Shown here: positions 40,758 through 49,165 of the stretch, in pieces | Layout: each line of letters opens with the position of its first letter | How positions within the stretch are numbered: position 1 is the first letter of the stretch | Sequence record: SRR22947727_864 | DNA length: 62,621 nucleotides | Strand: one strand, 5' to 3' | Position numbers and translations under genes: made by a program | Notes under the pieces: model-generated | Seen by the model: only the letters and a program-made list of their open reading frames with translations | Told to the model about the DNA's origin: nothing | Databases searched by the model: none

Positions 40758-41490
40758 GGTAAAGCAACTTACAAAACGCTTCGGTGGTTTGATCGCCGTT
40801 TCCGAGGTGGATTTATCGGTGGTTGAAGGTGAGATCGTATCTTTGATTGGGCCCAATGGTGCAGGCAAAACCACATTATTCGCCAGTATTGCAGGTTTCT
40901 TGAGGCCCGATGGCGGTGACGTGCAGCTGAATGGGCGGTCGATTTTAAATCTGAAACCGCATAAAATCTGCCAGAGAGGCATGGTGCGAACGTTTCAAAT
41001 TACCCAGCCATTCGCGGCGTTGAATACGCTTGAGAATATTATGGTTGGGGCCTATTCTCGAACCGGTGATAAAGCCTTAGCGCAGCGTGAGGCGGAACGC
41101 GTGGCTGACATTGTTGGCATGACCTCGCAACTGCATCAAAAAGCAGATGGTTTGACCGTTGCGGCCCGCAAACGCCTGGAACTGGCGCGGGCCTTAGCCA
41201 CCAAACCAAAGCTGCTTCTGCTTGATGAGGTTATGGCGGGCCTTAATCCGACGGAGATCGACGAAATTGTCGACGTCATTAAGGGTATTCGCGATACAGG
41301 CGTGACGATTTTTTTAATCGAGCATGTGATGAAAGCGGTCGTGAACTTATCGGATAGAACATATGTTTTGAATGATGGAAAACTGATTGCGCAGGGCACG
41401 CCAGAATCGGTGGCATCGAACCCAACCGTTATTGAGGCCTATCTGGGCCATGGGGCGGCCGCGGCGATGGCTGGCGAGGGTGCAGCATGA
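40744..41490 (+). CDS. LivG-like ABC ATP-binding protein
   Basis: FGGLIAV, GPNGAGKT, RTFQ, LIEH, VIEAYLG. Confidence 0.93.
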   Translation: MVVLEVKQLTKRFGGLIAVSEVDLSVVEGEIVSLIGPNGAGKTTLFASIAGFLRPDGGDVQLNGRSILNLKPHKICQRGMVRTFQITQPFAALNTLENIMVGAYSRTGDKALAQREAERVADIVGMTSQLHQKADGLTVAARKRLELARALATKPKLLLLDEVMAGLNPTEIDEIVDVIKGIRDTGVTIFLIEHVMKAVVNLSDRTYVLNDGKLIAQGTPESVASNPTVIEAYLGHGAAAAMAGEGAA

Positions 41491-42188
41491 TCAGGATTGA
41501 AGGTTTAAACGCAGGCTACGGCCCGCTGCAGGTGTTGCGCGGTATCACGCTTGATGTGGGTGAGGGGGAAATTGTCGCGGTTCTGGGCAGCAATGGTGTT
41601 GGAAAAACCACTCTGAACAACACACTTTCGGGCTTGATCAAACCAAGCTCTGGTTCGATCTATTTCGATGATGTTTTAATCTCGGGGCGCGACCCGGTTG
41701 AGATCGTTGATATGGGCCTGATACATGTCCCCGAGGGGCGCAAGTTATTTCCCAACCTATCCGTAAAAGAAAACCTCGAATTAGGCAGTTATCGACGGGG
41801 CAAGCCCAATCGGGCCAGCAATCTTGAGCGGCTTCTGGGTATTTTCCCTAAACTCAAAGAGCGCCTATTCCAAACCGCGGGTACGCTTTCGGGGGGCGAA
41901 CAGCAGATGGTTGCCATAGCGCGCGGTCTGATGGGAGAGCCGCGCGTGCTGCTATTGGATGAGCCATCTTTGGGCCTTTCTCCTTTATTAGTGGAGCAGA
42001 TGTTCACATTGATAAAACAGATCAATGAAAGCGGTCTCGCCGTGATATTGGTGGAGCAGAATGTCATTCAATCGCTTTCGATTGCAAATCGGGCTTATGT
42101 GATTGCAGAGGGTACGGTCGCTATGTCCGGCCCTGCTGCTGACTTATGCGAAAACAGTGATTTGAAAAGGTCATATTTGGGCTTGTAA
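41487..42188 (+). CDS. LivF-like ABC ATP-binding protein
   Basis: GSNGVGKT, VPEGR, LSGGEQQM, DEPSLGL, VEQN. Confidence 0.93.
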   Translation: MIRIEGLNAGYGPLQVLRGITLDVGEGEIVAVLGSNGVGKTTLNNTLSGLIKPSSGSIYFDDVLISGRDPVEIVDMGLIHVPEGRKLFPNLSVKENLELGSYRRGKPNRASNLERLLGIFPKLKERLFQTAGTLSGGEQQMVAIARGLMGEPRVLLLDEPSLGLSPLLVEQMFTLIKQINESGLAVILVEQNVIQSLSIANRAYVIAEGTVAMSGPAADLCENSDLKRSYLGL

Positions 42189-42189
42189 G

Positions 42190-42930
42190 TCATTGCGCAG
42201 TGAACCCGCCATCTGCCACAATCACCTGACCGGTTATGAAAGAGGCCGCGTCGGAAAGTAAAAATGCCGCCAGGTTGGCGATTTCTTTGGCGCGTCCAAA
42301 ACGGCCCAAAGGTATTGCTTGCGTCAAGGCTTCGAAGCGGGGTTTGTTGGCGCGCGTAGCGGCTGTCATATCAGTTTCGATTGGGCCCGGTGCAATGGCA
42401 TTTACGCGTATATTATCTGGCGCAAGCTCAAGCGCCATCGATCGGGCCAAACCATTAATTGCAGATTTTGAGGCGGCATATGCCGCTGCATTTTTATGCC
42501 CGACGAGGCCAATTTGACTTGAGATCATAACAATAGCGCTTGCTTTATTTTGGCGCAAATAGGGAATAGCGCATTTGGCAAGCTGAAAGCTCGCATTCAA
42601 ATTTACATCCAGAATGCGGGCCCAATCTGGCGGGCTGGTCTCTTCGCTGCGCAGCAGTTTAATCATACCAGCTGAAGATAAAATCCCGTCCAGGCCCTGG
42701 GATGCCTCTGCGGCTTGCCGTATCGCGCTGTGCAACGCGTTTTGATCGGTGACGTCCAGCTCAAAGCAGTGATCAGCAGAGACTATCGGCGCGACTGCGT
42801 CACGTTGTGCCTTGTTGAAAACAGTCCCTGAAACATGCGCGCCAAGGCTTTTGGCAAGGCGCGCGCTGGCAAGGCCGATGCCACTTCCCATCCCGGTTAT
42901 GAACAGACGTCTATTGACAAGCGATATCAT
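42190..42930 (-). CDS. Classical SDR family oxidoreductase
   Basis: TGMGSGIG, YAASK, RVNAIAPG, ITGQ..VADGG; ATG 42930. Confidence 0.92.
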   Translation of the reverse strand: MISLVNRRLFITGMGSGIGLASARLAKSLGAHVSGTVFNKAQRDAVAPIVSADHCFELDVTDQNALHSAIRQAAEASQGLDGILSSAGMIKLLRSEETSPPDWARILDVNLNASFQLAKCAIPYLRQNKASAIVMISSQIGLVGHKNAAAYAASKSAINGLARSMALELAPDNIRVNAIAPGPIETDMTAATRANKPRFEALTQAIPLGRFGRAKEIANLAAFLLSDAASFITGQVIVADGGFTAQ

Positions 42931-42987
42931 TGGTGGCGTCCTAGATCGAGTAAAGCCTGTAGAAGAGTTGCACAGTGGTATGAATAT

Positions 42988-43752
42988 ATGAAGCAAATTT
43001 TGGTGATTGTTCCGTTTCCAATGTCAAAAGACAATTTGGCCCTGCGTAAACAACAGCTTGATGCAGTTCAAATGTCTGAGCAAATGGCATTTACATTCAA
43101 AGCGGTGAAAGCTGCGCCTAAAAACTATATTTCAGAGGCTGATATGGTGCTTGCGGATGTGGCAATTCTGGAAGCTGGTCAAAGCGCTGTAGAGGATGGG
43201 TTTGATGCCGTTTGCGTGGATACGATGAGCGATTCTGGAGTGGCTGCGTTACGCTCGATTTTATCGATCCCGGTTGTCGGGCCCGGACGGGCTTCCATGT
43301 TAACCGCCCTGATGTTGGGGCGGCGGTTTTCAATTCTGACAATGTGGAAAAAATGGGATCATCTTTACCAAAAAACGGCAAAAGACTTGGGTCTTCAGAC
43401 GCAGATGGCCTCGATAAGATCGATCGACGTGGCTCCGGACAATCAAGCCTTATTAGAAGGTAAAGAAGAAGAGATTTTTTCAAAATTATTGTCTGCTGCG
43501 CAGCAAGCGATCGATCAAGACGGCGCTGATGTTATTTTGCTGGGGTCAACCACAATGCATCAAGCCCATGCGTATCTTGCTGATGCTTTAGATATCCCGG
43601 TGATAAATCCCGGCCCATTGACTTATAAACTGGTGGAAACCTTGCTGGGTTTGGGGCTTACGCAAAGCGCGCGCGCCTATCCAACATCGCCAGCACCGCG
43701 CGATGCTATGGTGCAGGCAATGATGGACGCTGCCGGTGAATTTAATCACTAA
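42988..43752 (+). CDS. Asp/Glu/hydantoin racemase family protein lacking the catalytic cysteines
   Basis: GFDAVCVDTMSDSG, IPVVGPG, GADVILLGSTTM, IPVINP. Confidence 0.85.
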   Translation: MKQILVIVPFPMSKDNLALRKQQLDAVQMSEQMAFTFKAVKAAPKNYISEADMVLADVAILEAGQSAVEDGFDAVCVDTMSDSGVAALRSILSIPVVGPGRASMLTALMLGRRFSILTMWKKWDHLYQKTAKDLGLQTQMASIRSIDVAPDNQALLEGKEEEIFSKLLSAAQQAIDQDGADVILLGSTTMHQAHAYLADALDIPVINPGPLTYKLVETLLGLGLTQSARAYPTSPAPRDAMVQAMMDAAGEFNH

Positions 43753-44141
43753 TCCGCATCAGCATGGTTCAGCGTGTTTTCGCCGGCCATATAAACGCGC
43801 ACAGTGTGAAATTTTTCATCCTTAAGCGTGAAAAAGTTGCAGTTGGATTTATAGACCAGCTGACCCGTTTTTAGCATATTGGTGACTCTGAACCGGGTGG
43901 CAATTTCGGCATTCGTTGCATTTTCTACAAATGAAAACTGGTCATGGCGCACCCATTCATGCTTGGACCATAGCCGCTGGAACATTCCGCTAATCTCTTG
44001 ATGCCCTTTTAGCACGATTCCATGCGTTTCGACCGAAAATAGGCAGTCTTGGCATAATGTTGTTAATATAAGGGCCAAATCTTCTTGGTCGACACCACGA
44101 AAATAGTCCAACACGCGTTTCTGAAGGATTGTCTCGGCCAT
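43749..44141 (-). CDS. SnoaL/NTF2-like protein
   Basis: YFRGVD, LKGHQEISGMF, NCNFFTLKDEKF. Confidence 0.8.
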   Translation of the reverse strand: MAETILQKRVLDYFRGVDQEDLALILTTLCQDCLFSVETHGIVLKGHQEISGMFQRLWSKHEWVRHDQFSFVENATNAEIATRFRVTNMLKTGQLVYKSNCNFFTLKDEKFHTVRVYMAGENTLNHADAD

Positions 44142-44154
44142 TGCTGTAGCGCCC

Positions 44155-44718
44155 CTAATGTTGATGCTTGTTCTCTGCCAAGTCATTCCAGACCTGCTGC
44201 TCTGTAATTTTACCACCGCGTATGGCGAACCGGTCGATGAAACGAATGCCCGCAAAGCTTTCGCCATTCAGCCAAGTGCCTTGAAGCGTTCCAAAGCAAA
44301 ATACGGATGCGCTTTCACCTTCAAAAGCCGTTTCCATGCTTTCTATTGTTTTGGAAACGGATTGATATCGCGTTTTTGCCCAAGCCACCACTTGGTCAGG
44401 ATGGCTGAAACTTACCCCGCCTGGGAATATTAGTTTGACGTCATCCGCTAGCCAGCCAACTGCCTCATCCAGCGCGCGCTTTTCCATTGCCGCAAGAAAC
44501 GCCCTTACAATTTGATCGGGCTGTCTTGGCGCGGCGGCGGGCTTTTTGGGGCTGCGCCCGCGCATATAATTTTCGGGCGCAACTTCTTTTACCGTTACGA
44601 TTACAAATTCAGGTGATGCCCCAATGGCAGAACAGGCCGCATCGGTTATTCGTTCGCAAACCAAACGGCGCGTCGGCGCATCATAGCCTTCGATCAACGT
44701 ACATTCTATAAGCGGCAT
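44155..44718 (-). CDS. 4-oxalocrotonate tautomerase-like domain fused to a SnoaL-like domain
   Basis: N-terminal Pro (MPLIECTLIEGY...ITDA...EVAPENY); C-terminal FLAAME...GIRFIDRF...VWND. Confidence 0.85.
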   Translation of the reverse strand: MPLIECTLIEGYDAPTRRLVCERITDAACSAIGASPEFVIVTVKEVAPENYMRGRSPKKPAAAPRQPDQIVRAFLAAMEKRALDEAVGWLADDVKLIFPGGVSFSHPDQVVAWAKTRYQSVSKTIESMETAFEGESASVFCFGTLQGTWLNGESFAGIRFIDRFAIRGGKITEQQVWNDLAENKHQH

Positions 44719-44839
44719 TCCATCTTCCTTTGTATTTTTGCCCGTTGAAATCCGAGCAATCGCCGCATCTTAATAGTAAGCAGCCGAGAAGGCCAAAGAA
44801 GATTATAGCAATGTGACAATTCTGTGATAGGCAGTTTGA

Positions 44840-46111
44840 ATGGATACTTTAGCAAAAGCGCTTATTTCTAGGGCCTCTGGCCAGTCAAAGCTGCGCGTTG
44901 ATGATGTTGTGATCTGCGAGGTTGATCTGGCTATGATCCACGATTCCGGCGGTCCGCGGCGGGTCAAACCGATTTTAGATCGATTGCAGCGGCAGGTTTG
45001 GGATAAAGATAAGATCGTTGTGGTGACGGATCATTATGTGCCGGCGGATAATGCGGAAACGCAAGCCATTCAAGCTTTGACAAAACAATGGGTCCAAGAC
45101 CAATCTATAGATAAATTTTATGATGAGCAGGGCATTTGCCATGTTGTTCTGCCCGAGCGAGGACATTTGGCTCCAGGGCTTTTCTGCGTTGGGGGGGATA
45201 GCCATTCACCCACCGGTGGCGCCTTTGGCGCCTATATGTTTGGCATCGGCGCGACTGAAATGGCCGGGGTGCTTGCAACGGGCGAAATTTGGATCAAGGT
45301 TCCAGAGACGATCCTTATGTCGTGGCGCAATCAGTTAAGCGCTTATGTAACGGCGAAAGACATGATGCTGGCAATGTGTCGTAAAATCGGTATGGGGGGC
45401 GGGCGGTATCAGGCCATCCAATATGCTGGGCAAACCATTCAAGCGCTTTCTATGCAAGAGCGGATGACCTTATCTAACATGGCGGCAGAGCTGGGTGCGC
45501 AAGCCGGTTTAATTGCGCCAGATGAAGCTACCGTCGCTTTTGTGCAGGCTGCGGGTGGTACGGTGCCTGTAAATTGGCGCGATTTTCAGATAGAGGCGGC
45601 GGAAAGCCCTGAAAATGTAATGCAATTTGATGCTGCCAGTTTAGAGCCGCAAATTGCGGCTCCGCATTCCCCTGAAAACGCTGATTCGGCAGATGCTTTT
45701 CGTAATATTTCCTTTGATGTGGCCTATATTGGGGCCTGCACGGGTGCCAAATATGTAGATCTGGCTGCCGCCGCAGAGGTTTTAAAGGGGCGGCGTATTG
45801 CAAAAAATGTGACGTTGAAAGTTGCGCCGGCCAGTTTGCGCGATCAAAATCGCGCCGCGCAGGATGGAATAATGCAAATTTTGCAGGATGCTGGCGCCGA
45901 GTTTTTAGCCAATTCATGCGGTATCTGCGCTGGCTATGGAGAAGATCGTTTGGCAGAGAACCAAGTTTGTCTATCTTCGACGGCGCGTAATTTTAAAGGC
46001 CGCATGGGCGCGCCGAGTTCACAAGTTTATTTGGCCTCTCCTTACACGGTCGCAGCTTCGGCCGTCACGGGCAGATTGAGTGACCCTAGACAGGTTATGG
46101 GGGGCGGATAG
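44840..46111 (+). CDS. Aconitase-family dehydratase large subunit (LeuC/DmdA-like)
   Basis: TDH, GICH, GGDSH, IGACT, CGIC, RNFKGRMG, YLASP. Confidence 0.92.
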   Translation: MDTLAKALISRASGQSKLRVDDVVICEVDLAMIHDSGGPRRVKPILDRLQRQVWDKDKIVVVTDHYVPADNAETQAIQALTKQWVQDQSIDKFYDEQGICHVVLPERGHLAPGLFCVGGDSHSPTGGAFGAYMFGIGATEMAGVLATGEIWIKVPETILMSWRNQLSAYVTAKDMMLAMCRKIGMGGGRYQAIQYAGQTIQALSMQERMTLSNMAAELGAQAGLIAPDEATVAFVQAAGGTVPVNWRDFQIEAAESPENVMQFDAASLEPQIAAPHSPENADSADAFRNISFDVAYIGACTGAKYVDLAAAAEVLKGRRIAKNVTLKVAPASLRDQNRAAQDGIMQILQDAGAEFLANSCGICAGYGEDRLAENQVCLSSTARNFKGRMGAPSSQVYLASPYTVAASAVTGRLSDPRQVMGGG

Positions 46112-46618
46112 ATGGCGCGCTTGTGGCGGTTTGACACAACGATTGATACGGATGTTTTGGCGCCGGGCTTTTATATGAAAAAGCCCTTGGAAGAGCTGGC
46201 GCGCCATTGCCTTGAGGCGGTGCGGCCTGAATTTGCCGCTTCTGTACGGCCTGGCGATGTGATTTTGGCCAATGCCAATATGGGGGTTGGATCTTCGCGT
46301 GAACAAGCCGCTGAAGTTTTGAAATATTTGGGGATAGCTGCGATTATTGCCCCCAGTTTTGCGGGTATTTTTTATCGAAATGCGATTAATTTGGGATTGC
46401 CTGTCTTGGTAATAGATGCAGCGCTTATGAGTTTGCCAGAATTGGTTGATGGAGCAGATGTGGATTTTGACTTTCACGCGGCTACATTGACCCTAAAAGG
46501 GCGATGCGCGAATATTCCGCTGAACCCTTTACCAGACTTTTTGAAACGCCTCATTTTGGATGGTGGTCTGGTGCCACATCTGGAGAAGCGGTTTCAACGT
46601 GAGGAGAGCGGCCAATGA
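46112..46618 (+). CDS. Aconitase-family dehydratase small subunit (LeuD/DmdB-like)
   Basis: IDTDVLAPG, GSSREQA, SFAGIFYRNAINLGL. Confidence 0.92.
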   Translation: MARLWRFDTTIDTDVLAPGFYMKKPLEELARHCLEAVRPEFAASVRPGDVILANANMGVGSSREQAAEVLKYLGIAAIIAPSFAGIFYRNAINLGLPVLVIDAALMSLPELVDGADVDFDFHAATLTLKGRCANIPLNPLPDFLKRLILDGGLVPHLEKRFQREESGQ

Positions 46619-47484
46619 GTTTGCGCGACGCGCTTGAAAAAGACGGTCTGATCATTGCGCCAGGTGTGTATGATGCTTTGTCGGGTTTGATCGCAAGCCA
46701 GTCGGGCGCTCAGGCTCTTTATTTATCGGGGGCCAGCCTGGCATATACGCGATTTGGAACCTCTGATATTGGCCTGATCAGCGTTTCTGAAGTGAATGAC
46801 ACGATCGCCGCAATCACCGATCGCATAAATATTCCGGTAATTGTCGACGCAGATACAGGTTTTGGCAATGCGTTGAACGTTCAGCGCACGGTGCGTAGTT
46901 TTGAGCGTTCAGGCGCGCATGCGATTCAACTTGAAGATCAGTCTTTTCCAAAGAAATGTGGCCATTTGGATGGGAAAAAACTGGTCTCAACGCAGGAGAT
47001 GGTTGGGAAAATTCAGGCTGCGCTTGACGCCCGTGCCAGTGAGGAGACGTTGATCATTGCGCGCACGGATGCGCGCGCGGTTGAGGGGTTTGCCCAAGCG
47101 ATTGAGCGCGCCTGGGCCTATAAAGAGGCGGGGGCCGATATCTTATTTGTCGAAGCCCCCCAATCGCTTCAAGAAATGCAGCATATATGCGCAGAATTTT
47201 CAGCTCAGATCCCCCTTTTGGCAAATATGGTCGAAGGTGGTAAAACACCGATTTCTTCCGCCAGTGAACTGGCAAAGCTCGGTTATAAAATAGCCATATT
47301 TCCTGGCGGGGCTGTGCGCGCGATTGCGCATCACTTGCAGGCCTATTACACTGGCTTGCTGGCCCATGGAAATAATCAGAAATTTTCAGATAAAATGCAC
47401 GACTTTAACGGTCTGAACGATTTACTCGGCACCAAAGACTTGATTGAGCTCGGGCGCAAATACGAAGATCAAGGGAATATTTGA
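46615..47484 (+). CDS. Isocitrate lyase/PEP mutase family lyase (PrpB/Dml-like)
   Basis: YLSG, DADTGFG, EDQ, KKCGH, ARTDA, NMVEGGKTP. Confidence 0.92.
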   Translation: MSLRDALEKDGLIIAPGVYDALSGLIASQSGAQALYLSGASLAYTRFGTSDIGLISVSEVNDTIAAITDRINIPVIVDADTGFGNALNVQRTVRSFERSGAHAIQLEDQSFPKKCGHLDGKKLVSTQEMVGKIQAALDARASEETLIIARTDARAVEGFAQAIERAWAYKEAGADILFVEAPQSLQEMQHICAEFSAQIPLLANMVEGGKTPISSASELAKLGYKIAIFPGGAVRAIAHHLQAYYTGLLAHGNNQKFSDKMHDFNGLNDLLGTKDLIELGRKYEDQGNI

Positions 47485-47491
47485 ACATATT

Positions 47492-49165
47492 ATGACGGAT
47501 ATGAGTTTAGACCCGGTCACCCTTGCGATTTTGAAGGGCAGGCTTGAGCAAATCGCCGATGAGATGGATGCCACTTTGTTTCGATCTGCGTTTAACCCGA
47601 TTATCGCTGAAGCGCATGATGCCAGCCATGGCATCTACGATGCGATCACCGGTGAAACCTTGGTACAAGGCAAGTCCGGGCTACCGATTTTTGTTGGAGT
47701 GATGGCTTTTGCGGTCAAGGCGGTGATCGAAAAAGTTGCGCGCGATGGCAATTTAAGCGATGGAGATGTGTTCATCTTCAACGACCCTTATGAGGGGGGG
47801 ACGCATCTGTCTGATTTTCGACTGGTCAAGCCGATCTATCGAAATGGAACCGTCTTTTGTTATTTGGCTTCGGTTGGGCATTGGCATGATGTGGGCGGCA
47901 ATGTTCCCGGAAATTACAACCCAGAAGCCACGGAATCTTTTCAAGAAGGCATGTTGATTCCCCCAGTAAAACTTTTTTCAGCCGGAATTTTGAACACAGA
48001 TATTGTGGATATTCTTTCCTCCAATTCGCGCTTGCCAAATTCACTTTATGGAGATCTTAACGGCCAAATCAATGCGCTTGATTTAGGCCATCAACGGTTG
48101 AACGACCTGCTTGATCAATATGGCGAAACCGATACAAAAACTGCGCTGGGCCTCCTTAAATCGCGTGCAAATCGTATGATGCGCGACCATTTGCAGGCTT
48201 TGCCAAATGGTACGATCTCTGTCGAAGACTTTCTTGACAATGATGGCGTGCATGATGTGGCGCTTAAACTGGCGGTTGATCTGAGCATTGATGGCGAACG
48301 CCTCACGGTGGATTTCAGCCGTTCGAGCCAGGCCTGTGCAGGGCCAGTGAATATTTCCCGATCAACAACGATTGCCGCAACCTATGTAGCGTTGAAACAC
48401 ATCTTTACCGATGTGCCGGCGAATGCGGGCGTTTTACAGCCCGTCGAGTTTATCATACCCGAAGATAGTTTTTTAAGCGTGAAAGCGCCAAAGCCGGTTG
48501 GGGGCTACACGGAAACCATCCTACGCCTCATTGATGTTTTGTTTTGTGCTTTCGAGCATATTGCGCCCGAGCGGGTGAATGGCTGCGCCTATGGAACTAT
48601 CAATGCCCTGTCTATGGCGGGGCATCGCTCAAACGGCGCGCGTTGGGTGATGTTTTCGTTTTTTGGCGGTGGCCATGGTGGGCACCCAGAAGGAGATGGG
48701 CTGAACCATGGTAATGCGCCCATTTCAACCGCAACGATCCCGCCATTGGAAATCCTTGAAGCGGCCTATCCGGTGGCCTTCACGCAATGGGCGCTTCGTC
48801 CGGATTCGGGCGGCGCTGGGAAGCATCGTGGCGGGTTGGGAGCCATCTATGAAATTGAGTTGCTGGAAGAAAGTGCCACGGTGTTTTTGTTCGGCGAGCG
48901 TGGTAAATTCCCGCCTCCTGGAGTCGTTGGAGGAGGCGCTGGGGCGATGAACAAATTTGCTTACCAAAGCGCTGATGAAGAGACTGTTTTTCCAGATAAA
49001 ACGCCGCCTTTGGCCTCAAAAATCACGGGCGTGAAACTGCGCAGAGGTCAACGGGTTCGTTTGGAAACTCCGGGTGGAGGTGGCTATGGTAACGCGCAAG
49101 AGCGCCCTGAAGAGCTGATACGCAATGATCTTGCGCAAGGTTACGTTTCTGGAAAAAAATCATGA
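47492..49165 (+). CDS. Hydantoinase B/oxoprolinase family subunit
   Basis: DPVTL, EM..TLFRSAF, NDPYEGGTHL.D, HW.DVGG, FQEG, ETPGGGGYG. Confidence 0.93.
   Translation: MTDMSLDPVTLAILKGRLEQIADEMDATLFRSAFNPIIAEAHDASHGIYDAITGETLVQGKSGLPIFVGVMAFAVKAVIEKVARDGNLSDGDVFIFNDPYEGGTHLSDFRLVKPIYRNGTVFCYLASVGHWHDVGGNVPGNYNPEATESFQEGMLIPPVKLFSAGILNTDIVDILSSNSRLPNSLYGDLNGQINALDLGHQRLNDLLDQYGETDTKTALGLLKSRANRMMRDHLQALPNGTISVEDFLDNDGVHDVALKLAVDLSIDGERLTVDFSRSSQACAGPVNISRSTTIAATYVALKHIFTDVPANAGVLQPVEFIIPEDSFLSVKAPKPVGGYTETILRLIDVLFCAFEHIAPERVNGCAYGTINALSMAGHRSNGARWVMFSFFGGGHGGHPEGDGLNHGNAPISTATIPPLEILEAAYPVAFTQWALRPDSGGAGKHRGGLGAIYEIELLEESATVFLFGERGKFPPPGVVGGGAGAMNKFAYQSADEETVFPDKTPPLASKITGVKLRRGQRVRLETPGGGGYGNAQERPEELIRNDLAQGYVSGKKS

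Noticed and set aside
44840-46618. Naming these genes leuC/leuD because leuA is in the window
   Set aside because: Short LeuC2/DmdA-type subunits inside a catabolic operon 30 kb from leuA; a biosynthetic role is unsupported
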